Position numbers and translations under genes: made by a program. The notes under the pieces are model-generated. The model saw only the letters and a list, made by a program, of their open reading frames with translations. It did no database searches and was not told where the DNA came from. Shown piece after piece: positions 47,365-56,242 of a stretch of 64,000 bases of DNA. Numbering within the stretch: position 1 is the stretch's first letter; each line of letters begins with the position of its first letter. Source of the stretch: an uncultured virus (IMG/VR IMGVR_UViG_3300023033_000001) (lineage: Duplodnaviria > Heunggongvirae > Uroviricota > Caudoviricetes); the IMG/VR virus record IMGVR_UViG_3300023033_000001; one strand, given 5' to 3'.

Positions 47365-49329
47365 CTAATCTCTGATAAGTTCGACCGTAAGGTTCTCAGG
47401 CACAAAGTTGCTCGGTGTAACGACCGAACCGTCCTTGACATCCAAACGATAATTCATAGCAGAGATAATGCCTTCAAACTCATTCGGGAGCGAAGCACAT
47501 CCAAACCCTTCATGGAACACCTTATCTCCCCAAGGTGACACTGTAACTGACTCGTCATTCTCAGGATTTTTGTACGTGAGTTGTACACGTGCATTGACAT
47601 CCTCATCGAAGTTCAGAACTATCCACGGATGATGGGTGCCACTTGCATAGATAGCACCAAGGATATTGTGTTCTGCATTCACAAGAATTTTCTCATGAAT
47701 CTGGACTTTGACATTTGCAGACTTCGTGAGATCTTTATCTGCAAACAACTCATACATGGTATCTCCTGCAGCTGCATCGCCTTGGACATAGAAGGTACGA
47801 CCAATCCACTCAGCAACACTGTTTTCGATGACACGAACTTTAATGAACGTGTCTGTGCCATTACCGTCTTCCCAAACCTTGGCGGCTTTACCATCGGCAA
47901 GTTTATTTCCATCCATGTCATAAGACGTAAAGGTGCAGCCAATATTGTTCCAGTTACCGGGTGCATTATTGACGGTATCCCATATATCCTCATCAGGATA
48001 TTTCTCATAATATTTCTTCAAGCCACCATGTTCAAGAGATTCGTTGAATGCGGCAGCCTGTTCTTCTGCAGTTCCAAGTCCAATACACTCTGCACGTTTG
48101 TCGCCACCAAGCCAGTCAATAACTTCATGCGAGGAAAGAATGTCGCTTGCCTTTACGAAGTAAGCACCCTCAATGAAGTCCTCATTGTCCGCAGGACGTT
48201 CAGGAACGATGATAATATTTCCGTCTCTATCTTCATTGTACGACAGACACTCATAATAAACATCATCGCCATTACTGAATGCTTTGAGACGAATAGCGAG
48301 GTCACCGATTTCACCATCTTCATTGAGGTCAGAACCACCCATAACAAGACCACGAGGTTTATCCGATTCATCCGCTTCAAAGTCAGCAATAGGCATCGCA
48401 AGGTCGCTTTCAGGAACAACCAGAGTTGCGATTTGAACTTCAGGAGTTCCAATCTTGTTATATCCTGCAAGAGTCGGATCGCCATTGGCATCAACAGGAT
48501 ACTGACAAATGTATTTCTTAATACCACTTTCCGTAAAAGAGCTGCGAAGATTTACAGGCAGAATGCTCTTTTCGCCAGTGTCTTCATCTGTAAGAATTGC
48601 CAGGGCAAGACCGATACGGACGATTTCAGTTGCATCGTCAAAGAGTCTTCCTTCGATATTGTATTCTACACCATCGACCATAACGGTACAGAACAACGGT
48701 GAGTCACCGAGTAACTCATGGTTCTTTTTCTCTTTTGCAACCGCACATCGAGTGCCTTCAATCAATGTATGGGTTTCACCGATTTTGGAATCCAATGTTG
48801 GATGAAGAACCAAAACATGACCACTCTTGACAACGTACTGAGTACGCGGGTCATGCACAATGTCCTGACTCTCGACCACTTCTTCTGACGGAACAGGAAG
48901 CAAACTGCTTGTCCATACCCATTTCGATACAGGAGAGCGTTCCAGGAAATTACGTCCATGTGCATCGCCATCAAGTTTCTTCACCTGTGTGGTATCAAGT
49001 CGAACACGATAATAAACCTTTCCGTTTTTATCCGTGTAGCTGAACTTTGACATCACATCTATTTTGTGACCAAGACTTACGGTATCATCGCCAAAAGTCT
49101 CTTTCAGATACGGCAGAATCATTACCTCTGCATTACCCGGACAAACACGACCAACATGAAGGTACTTTGTTTCCGTACCCTCCCCACTTGCCAGTTCAAA
49201 GTCCTTAACATCCTCAGCAAATGATTCCGATATTGGTGCGACATTAGACGTTCCAAGACGTACTTCATGTTCAAAACTCCGAACAAAAAGAATTTTTTTC
49301 AATGCTTTCATACTTATACCGATGCTCAT
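47365..49329 (-). CDS. Acidic hypothetical protein, probably structural
   Basis: About 654 aa; directly downstream of the tape-measure-like gene. Confidence 0.7.
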   Translation of the reverse strand: MSIGISMKALKKILFVRSFEHEVRLGTSNVAPISESFAEDVKDFELASGEGTETKYLHVGRVCPGNAEVMILPYLKETFGDDTVSLGHKIDVMSKFSYTDKNGKVYYRVRLDTTQVKKLDGDAHGRNFLERSPVSKWVWTSSLLPVPSEEVVESQDIVHDPRTQYVVKSGHVLVLHPTLDSKIGETHTLIEGTRCAVAKEKKNHELLGDSPLFCTVMVDGVEYNIEGRLFDDATEIVRIGLALAILTDEDTGEKSILPVNLRSSFTESGIKKYICQYPVDANGDPTLAGYNKIGTPEVQIATLVVPESDLAMPIADFEADESDKPRGLVMGGSDLNEDGEIGDLAIRLKAFSNGDDVYYECLSYNEDRDGNIIIVPERPADNEDFIEGAYFVKASDILSSHEVIDWLGGDKRAECIGLGTAEEQAAAFNESLEHGGLKKYYEKYPDEDIWDTVNNAPGNWNNIGCTFTSYDMDGNKLADGKAAKVWEDGNGTDTFIKVRVIENSVAEWIGRTFYVQGDAAAGDTMYELFADKDLTKSANVKVQIHEKILVNAEHNILGAIYASGTHHPWIVLNFDEDVNARVQLTYKNPENDESVTVSPWGDKVFHEGFGCASLPNEFEGIISAMNYRLDVKDGSVVTPSNFVPENLTVELIRD

Positions 49330-49400
49330 CGTTCGTCTCCTACAAAGCCCCTTTAACAAACCACAAAAATTTTAACGTTACACGTTAGATGTTGACAACA

Positions 49401-52400
49401 CTAAACTCCAAAACCGACAGCAGGACGGAAAGGCATAGCTGCATTTCGAAGTTCGTTTGTCCGACTGGTTCTATTCTGTTCCTTAACTTCACGAGTCAAT
49501 TCTCTTACCTCACGAGATAGTTCCTGCATGGATTCAGTAACCGCAATAGAATCAGCCTCATTCTTGCTAATAATTGATTGTTCCCTAAGGTAATTCAACT
49601 GCTGCATTGCAGTCAATTCCTTTAACGTTGCGTAATTATGTTCTATGGATTTGATGTAATCCTCGAATCCATCTTCAAGAGAACCGAACGCTGTAGGCAT
49701 TCCGTCTCTTACACGGAATGTTCGTAACGGATTTATAGTTTCAATATCACCATCCTGCGTAACATCTACAAAGTTTTTACCAAGCAATTTTCTCATCACT
49801 GGATTCGTAAACAATGAACCTGCTTTGCTACTTAAAATGCCACGGACAAGAGCATCCTTTAAGATACCATTTCGACTTTGATGCCTGTACTTGTTTTCCA
49901 AGAGGCCGAACGAAGAGATCATATTGAGCAAACTCAACGATTTTAAACTACTTTCGTCACTTCCACCAGAAGACATTACAGAAGACTTAACAAGAGGAAT
50001 CTGTGAAGTTGAAATTTCATCTCCTATGGGGTCTGTTTCACTTGCAACGCCGCTCGGAACAAAGTCCAACGCTTTTGAATAGTTTCCAAAGAGCGATTTA
50101 AAATACCCTGCGTATTTAAAATTCTTTTTCGGAATTTTGTTGTTCACAACGCCTGTGTTCTTAGTTCTCGTTGCTAGAAATACCTCTGGGTTATCATATT
50201 TCCCAGCACTGCCAGAGGCATTCCAGTATTTTCCATCCCCTGATGCAATTCCGACATGACCTGGTTTTTCTTTAACACCTGTGAATACAATCATGCCAGG
50301 TTTAATGTCATCAAATCCTACACTTACCCAATCATCATCTTCAAGCAACCCTTTCACGTGTCTTGCAGCCCGAGTTACGTTTCCTTTTTTGTCACGCTTT
50401 TCTTTCAAATCATACCCGAATACGATTGAAGATACACCGTAAGAGAATCGGTTATACAAATCGTTTCTGCCGATTGATTTAAAAGCATTTGACACGAGCT
50501 GGTTACAAACAAATCCGTCCCATACATGTCCGTCACGAGGGTCTTTTTTTCCATGTAATTCATATTTCTTACCCTCATTCGAGGAAGCGAACCTAAGCAT
50601 ACGTTCAATAACAGACTTTGCACCGTCAGAAAGTTCTTCATTAGTTTCACCTGTCGAAACTTTTCGTTCACTGGAAGCAAGACTATCTGCCATCGCCTTG
50701 AATGACTCACGAACATCTTGGGACACATCTGCACGTTTTGACATCGCACCAGCAAGGTATTTAACACGTTCAGGATTGTTCGCAGGTAAAATGACCTCCA
50801 CATTTCCGCCCTCTCCGACATGTGTTACTGTGTCCTTGTCAATAATGTTTCCGTTTGAATTGTAAAACACCTGACCTGCATTGGCTGCCGAAATAACATC
50901 AGCACGTGTTGAAGCTGTATTCTTATCAGACAACGTTCCTGCAATAGCCTCACCACCGGCTTTACCTGCGAAGGCTCCGCCTGTTATTCCTGCACCTATG
51001 GCCAGAGGGTTTCCGCCAGATGCAAGTCCTGCAGCAACACCACCACTAACTGCTCCTACGGCTGTTCCAACAGTTCCGTACTTAGCTACGTTCTCCTTAT
51101 ATCGTGCTTCAATAAGCTCACCTGCAATCTTCTGCTGTTGATTAGCAAGAGATGTTGCACGATTACCATACACTCTTTGTGACGAATCATCTCCCTCGAC
51201 TTGAGCCATCGAAGATCGTTGACGATTATCTTTAAGTTCCTTTGTAACGCGGTCGAGCTCTTCTTGTTTTTCTCTTCTGTCTTCTTCCTTACAGACCGTC
51301 TTTTTTATTCCTTTAACCAACTCCACAACAGTCGTCACCAAACCAACGATAATAGCTAGAGGGCCTGCTACTTTTAACAGACCGCTACCTAGTTTAGTCA
51401 CGCCGCCCTTTAAAAGATTACCTAACTTTCCTCCGGTTCCTTTCAGAAGATTGCCAATCTTTGTGTTACTTAAAAGGTTACTGACGGACTGTGCGGTCAG
51501 TAGGAAGATTACTGCATTGAAACCTTTGGTAATTATTTCTGCTGTAGAACCCTTACCATTAAATACCCACATAGAGCCGACAGCTCCTGTAAACTTCGAC
51601 CCTATCCATGTCTCAACATTATCTTTCCACTGTTCCAACATAGGAGTTTCAAAACCTTTTTTGGCTTGTTCCGTGTCGGTAACCATGACACCTTCTTTTC
51701 CATTGATGATCCTATCTAGCTTCATCACGTTGTCCATTGCTTTCTGGTCACCCGTGATTCCTGCTTGCTGCATGTCATGCTGAATACGTGCATCAAACGC
51801 ACGTTTAACGTCTGTATTCCCATTTGCTATATCGTTACGTATTGCACGCACCATTTCCGCCATGGACATATTTTCATTGACAGACGCACCTGCATGAGAA
51901 CCTATGTTGTACAGGTCTTTAAACAGCTCATCTTTTCCACGCATGTCGATACCCTGAATGTCTTTTCGGATATCATCCATTGCTGCCTTTTGTGATTCTT
52001 GCTGCGAAATACCCAAAGCCATATTCTGCTGGACTGCTTCTCCATATTCTTTCATTAGCTTTGAGGTTTCTGCATTATTCATCCCCTGCTGGCGTGACAG
52101 GGAAACCAGATACTTGAAGTCCTCATTCATCTTGGAAACATCAACACGATACGTGTTATCGCCTGAGGACATCTTCATAAACTGGTCCATTATCTGCTTC
52201 TGTGACTCACTGTCCATGTCCATGGCATCAAGAGTCATCAAGGTGTTTTGGTCAACTTTCATACCGAACTTGTTCAAACCGACGACCATATCCCGAGTCG
52301 TCGAATTCAAGTGTTCAGCATTGACGCCATTGTTCAACACCTGCTCTTTAATTGCCTTTACAGACTCCTCCATAGAAATGTGAACATCAAGACTGTCACG

Positions 52401-53168
52401 CACGGAATTACGGGCGTCCACAGTATTGTCCATAATGGCAACAGAAGTGTCTCGCGACATGTGATAATTACGACGCATTTCATCATTGAATTGCTCAAAC
52501 TTGGACAAACTGTTGGTTAAAAGACCTTGTATTTTCTTTAAAATCTCGACGATGACTGCATTCCTAGTTGCAACCATCTGTAAAGCAAGAGCCTCCTGTT
52601 CCTGTGATGTCTGACCTGTTTGGTTATCTGCTTTTGCTCCAAGACCAAAAGTATTTTGGTCAGAACTGTCATTACGCTGCATACGTAATGAATTGTCCAA
52701 CGCCTGTTTGAAATTCTCTGCCTGTGTACCAATAGGTGTTCTACTCTGGTCATACTTACTTCCGCTACTTCCATTCCCCTTGCCTGAGTCAGCCATCGCA
52801 GGTAACGCATTGGTACCATTCTGAGAAGGTAATGGCGTACTTGGAGGTTGTGCAGGTTGTGGATTTGGTGTCTGTGTGCCAGGCTGAGATTGCTGTGAGC
52901 TCCTGTTGCTTATCAGCTTGGAAAGCTCTCCCATAGCAGACGCCAGTGCGTCATTCGTTTTTTGTGTCTCTTTAATCGAGCGAAGAACACCATTCAAAGC
53001 CTCTGCGGTCTTGCCCCAGAGTTTGGCCATGTTCTCGTCGGACTTCTTCTGCATCTCATGCAGACGTGTGTTTAGTACATCAATCCCATGACGGACATCG
53101 TTGTCTGTTACCAGCACGGCATTTGTCTGTGTCACTGTATTCACTGTCGAAGAAGTCACTGTCGGCAT
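49401..53168 (-). CDS. Tape-measure-like protein with an NlpC/P60 peptidoglycan hydrolase domain
   Basis: Helical A/G-rich body with hydrophobic segments; VGEGG.EVILP; GFVCNQLV...PGMIVF...GHVGI (Cys-His). Confidence 0.8.
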   Translation of the reverse strand: MPTVTSSTVNTVTQTNAVLVTDNDVRHGIDVLNTRLHEMQKKSDENMAKLWGKTAEALNGVLRSIKETQKTNDALASAMGELSKLISNRSSQQSQPGTQTPNPQPAQPPSTPLPSQNGTNALPAMADSGKGNGSSGSKYDQSRTPIGTQAENFKQALDNSLRMQRNDSSDQNTFGLGAKADNQTGQTSQEQEALALQMVATRNAVIVEILKKIQGLLTNSLSKFEQFNDEMRRNYHMSRDTSVAIMDNTVDARNSVRDSLDVHISMEESVKAIKEQVLNNGVNAEHLNSTTRDMVVGLNKFGMKVDQNTLMTLDAMDMDSESQKQIMDQFMKMSSGDNTYRVDVSKMNEDFKYLVSLSRQQGMNNAETSKLMKEYGEAVQQNMALGISQQESQKAAMDDIRKDIQGIDMRGKDELFKDLYNIGSHAGASVNENMSMAEMVRAIRNDIANGNTDVKRAFDARIQHDMQQAGITGDQKAMDNVMKLDRIINGKEGVMVTDTEQAKKGFETPMLEQWKDNVETWIGSKFTGAVGSMWVFNGKGSTAEIITKGFNAVIFLLTAQSVSNLLSNTKIGNLLKGTGGKLGNLLKGGVTKLGSGLLKVAGPLAIIVGLVTTVVELVKGIKKTVCKEEDRREKQEELDRVTKELKDNRQRSSMAQVEGDDSSQRVYGNRATSLANQQQKIAGELIEARYKENVAKYGTVGTAVGAVSGGVAAGLASGGNPLAIGAGITGGAFAGKAGGEAIAGTLSDKNTASTRADVISAANAGQVFYNSNGNIIDKDTVTHVGEGGNVEVILPANNPERVKYLAGAMSKRADVSQDVRESFKAMADSLASSERKVSTGETNEELSDGAKSVIERMLRFASSNEGKKYELHGKKDPRDGHVWDGFVCNQLVSNAFKSIGRNDLYNRFSYGVSSIVFGYDLKEKRDKKGNVTRAARHVKGLLEDDDWVSVGFDDIKPGMIVFTGVKEKPGHVGIASGDGKYWNASGSAGKYDNPEVFLATRTKNTGVVNNKIPKKNFKYAGYFKSLFGNYSKALDFVPSGVASETDPIGDEISTSQIPLVKSSVMSSGGSDESSLKSLSLLNMISSFGLLENKYRHQSRNGILKDALVRGILSSKAGSLFTNPVMRKLLGKNFVDVTQDGDIETINPLRTFRVRDGMPTAFGSLEDGFEDYIKSIEHNYATLKELTAMQQLNYLREQSIISKNEADSIAVTESMQELSREVRELTREVKEQNRTSRTNELRNAAMPFRPAVGFGV

Positions 53169-53221
53169 GGTATAAAATCTCCAAAGAACTCAAGCAAAAA
53201 TGAAACACGTCCATAAAGGGG

Positions 53222-53294
53222 TCTATTTTGCGTTATACGCTATTTTCTAACACAGACGTGTATTTACCAGGGTAAGGTCGTAACTTTTTAGTAC
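53222..53294 (-). repeat. About 74-bp dispersed repeat, copy 2
   Basis: Reverse complement matches 26720-26793; lies upstream of the tape-measure start. Confidence 0.75.
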
Positions 53295-53396
53295 GGCGTA
53301 AATTTGAGGGGTATATAGACGAAAAATAAAAGGGGATTAACCTAACTGGAAAATCCCCTTGACGAAACCGAACCGTACTCTGAAAAGAATCAATCA

Positions 53397-54194
53397 TTAT
53401 CGAACAGAACGCAACACAAGTTTACGTCCTTCGTTCATTCGATACGAAGCCGAGTCACGAACCCAGTCAACAAATGCAGAAGCGTCCTTAATGTCTTCAG
53501 CTGTTTTGACGGCGGTACCATCAGAGGTAATAACCATCGCCAGAGCATTGTTGTAAGGTACAACGTCTACAGTCAACTTATGAGGCATTCGGTCTTTGTC
53601 CGCATAATTTCCAGAATAAGAAACAAGCGAAGTCTCTGACAGGGATGAGCTATACACCCTTGTCAAATCAATGATGTAATCAGCACATACGCTCTGCACA
53701 GAAGAGTCAATTGCACGTGCGATATTTTGAGATGTTTCGCGAAGATTCGTTGTAAGTGCGGTAACACCAACACCCAAATCGACAGAGTCACCCTGAACAT
53801 CGCTTTCAATGTGACCAACGAGTTCCATATATTCCGAAACCTGTGATCGAACGAAATCCAAGAAACTCTGAGAATCTATACGACTGTTAATGACAGCCGA
53901 AATACCATCTTGACCCTCGATGTGCGTAATGATTCCACCGTTATCCACATCAACAGAAATCACCATTGCAGGTCTGTCATCCTCAGTTCCATCAGACGAA
54001 GACGTAAGAGTGTCTGCATACGCTTTGAGATTCCAGGTTTCAGACCCGTCAGTATGATGAACAATATCCAGCGTAGCATCATTACCACATCCGTTCTGAG
54101 TAAGAATACCATCAATGACCTTCTCCAAGGCCTCACGGGACTCTTCATCCTCAAAGATTTCAGTTGGCTTGTTCACGGTCAGTGATTCCTGCAT
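53397..54194 (-). CDS. Acidic hypothetical protein
   Basis: 265-aa ORF in the tail module. Confidence 0.65.
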   Translation of the reverse strand: MQESLTVNKPTEIFEDEESREALEKVIDGILTQNGCGNDATLDIVHHTDGSETWNLKAYADTLTSSSDGTEDDRPAMVISVDVDNGGIITHIEGQDGISAVINSRIDSQSFLDFVRSQVSEYMELVGHIESDVQGDSVDLGVGVTALTTNLRETSQNIARAIDSSVQSVCADYIIDLTRVYSSSLSETSLVSYSGNYADKDRMPHKLTVDVVPYNNALAMVITSDGTAVKTAEDIKDASAFVDWVRDSASYRMNEGRKLVLRSVR

Positions 54195-54358
54195 AATTTC
54201 TGAATCCGAATCAATGTCACCATGATCAAAACTTTCTTACTTTGGTAATGAAAAGGAACGCTTGATTTCACGACCATAAACATCAGTAAGTGCTTCATTC
54301 TTATGAAGCAGGTTTGTTTCCTTATAGAGAGTAGCCATAAATCTGTCCCTCCATCAGA

Positions 54359-54955
54359 TTACGAGTCAGAAGTGGCAAGGGATACACGTTCAAGACGGTC
54401 ACATGAAAAACTTGCGTTTATTGTCGTGAAACCGCCCTGCGTACCCATCTGTGGAATCTGTAACGATGTTGGAAACAGACCGTAAATTTCCCATGCACGG
54501 ATAACAGAAGCATCAGGTGCAAACACAAACAACGTAGCCGTTGTTTTATAATTCACTGCAAGACCCATCAGTCGGTTTCCGTCAAAATTATAAATCAAAC
54601 GGAACCAGTCAAGAAGAAGATTCTGAACATCATAACCAATGGCATCAATACACGTGATGTTGAAAGCTCCGCCCATCTGCGGGTTCGTAGCAAAGTGCAC
54701 CTGGTCATTACCACGACGTACCGGTGCTGCTGTAACACCAAGCTGAGGAAGACCTACAGACTGAACAGCAAGTCGGATAACTTCCTCATCGACATTCGTG
54801 AAAGAACGACGGGTACTGTTAATTTTATCAGGGAACTGTGTTTTCGGAAGGTCGATTTTAAGTTCCCAATGTGCGTCACGTTGAGGTTCCCAGTTTACAC
54901 TGTTTGAGAAATGAGACGCACCGTAATACTGCGATAATTTTACATTGTCAGGCAT
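54359..54955 (-). CDS. Tail tube protein (T4 gp19-like)
   Basis: AVQSVGLP, LLDWFRLIY, YKTTA.L, WEIYGLFPTS and FS.D; AGGAGG SD. Confidence 0.85.
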   Translation of the reverse strand: MPDNVKLSQYYGASHFSNSVNWEPQRDAHWELKIDLPKTQFPDKINSTRRSFTNVDEEVIRLAVQSVGLPQLGVTAAPVRRGNDQVHFATNPQMGGAFNITCIDAIGYDVQNLLLDWFRLIYNFDGNRLMGLAVNYKTTATLFVFAPDASVIRAWEIYGLFPTSLQIPQMGTQGGFTTINASFSCDRLERVSLATSDS

Positions 54956-54975
54956 GATAAACCTCCTACTGATTA

Positions 54976-56106
54976 CTATTTCAGACGGTTGCGTCCGTTA
55001 TACTTACCAGAAACACCAGGGCACATGCGTGTAAGTTTGACACCGTTTACATGAGCTTCAGTCATGACAGTCATCTGATGATTCTTAGCATAAATGCGAA
55101 TGTCGTTCGGATCTTCATTATTCGATTCCTGCGACAAAATGTCTGGGTTGACGTCCAACACATTTTCTTTCTTGGCATCTTTGTCAGAATCACCTTCGAT
55201 TTTATCCTCAGATTCCGAGAAATGGATATCATCACCGTCAGGAATAACCGAATTATCAGGAATCGCTTCTACAAGAGAGTTCAAATCAGGTACCTGAGTG
55301 TTGATTTCCTCTTCATCTTTCTTTCGTCTTTCAGGTGACTTTGACCACATCATAGCTTCACGAAAAGCACTCGTTGCACTCGAATCATCCGTGAAGTCTT
55401 CGAACTCTTTCGTTTTTGTGTAAATCTTTGCGAAAGGTTGGTCACCGCATTCAACGCAGACATCTACTCCTGCATTGTAAGCCTGCGCACAAACTTTCAT
55501 TGCATCCTGAAGCGAGTCAAATTCACCGCTGTACTTCTTACGTGTAGCTGAATGCTCACGAGTAATACACGACACCTTGTAAATAGGATGGTCATCTTCA
55601 TTTGCCGATGCTTTGCAGATAGAAGAAACCTTGTGCACTTTCTCAGACTTCACTTTCATGCTTATAAGGCGAAGAGATTCAGACTTTCGTTTGCTGAGAA
55701 AGCAAATACGTGACGCTTTCATTGTGTCAGCATTAAGAGTGCCCTCGATACAAATAAGGCAACCTTTCTCAAGCGATTTGAGACAGCTCTCTGCAAGGTC
55801 ACCTTTCGACACTTTAATGTGATAAGTTAAGACTTTTGTTTTATGGTCCTTATCAACAGTCGTGTTCATAACATCAAACATCAACGAACGCTTCATTTCG
55901 AGAGGGCTGCTGATACGACCGATGATGATGTCCTTTGTTCTTGCTTCGACAGCAAGGTCTTCCTCTGTTGCACCCATTGTTTTGCACAGAATGTCGAACT
56001 CTTTTCGGTCTTCTGCTTCAACCAGAGAATCAGAAATCTCTGTTTTTTCATAACGCCGTACCGACATACGCTGCACACTATTTTTATGCTCTCGTTTAAT
56101 AAGCAT
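54976..56106 (-). CDS. Hypothetical protein with a basic leader
   Basis: Start MLIKREHK with an AGGAG SD. Confidence 0.7.
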   Translation of the reverse strand: MLIKREHKNSVQRMSVRRYEKTEISDSLVEAEDRKEFDILCKTMGATEEDLAVEARTKDIIIGRISSPLEMKRSLMFDVMNTTVDKDHKTKVLTYHIKVSKGDLAESCLKSLEKGCLICIEGTLNADTMKASRICFLSKRKSESLRLISMKVKSEKVHKVSSICKASANEDDHPIYKVSCITREHSATRKKYSGEFDSLQDAMKVCAQAYNAGVDVCVECGDQPFAKIYTKTKEFEDFTDDSSATSAFREAMMWSKSPERRKKDEEEINTQVPDLNSLVEAIPDNSVIPDGDDIHFSESEDKIEGDSDKDAKKENVLDVNPDILSQESNNEDPNDIRIYAKNHQMTVMTEAHVNGVKLTRMCPGVSGKYNGRNRLK

Positions 56107-56242
56107 GGTTTTATCTCCTATATCGTATGAATTATTCAGAATTTCAAATTCACAATCCATGTAAACGTCCTGTACGGCGAGTAAACAGATCCCAGAATTT
56201 ACTGTCTGTTTCGATAGCCGTACAGGATATAACAGTGGTGTC

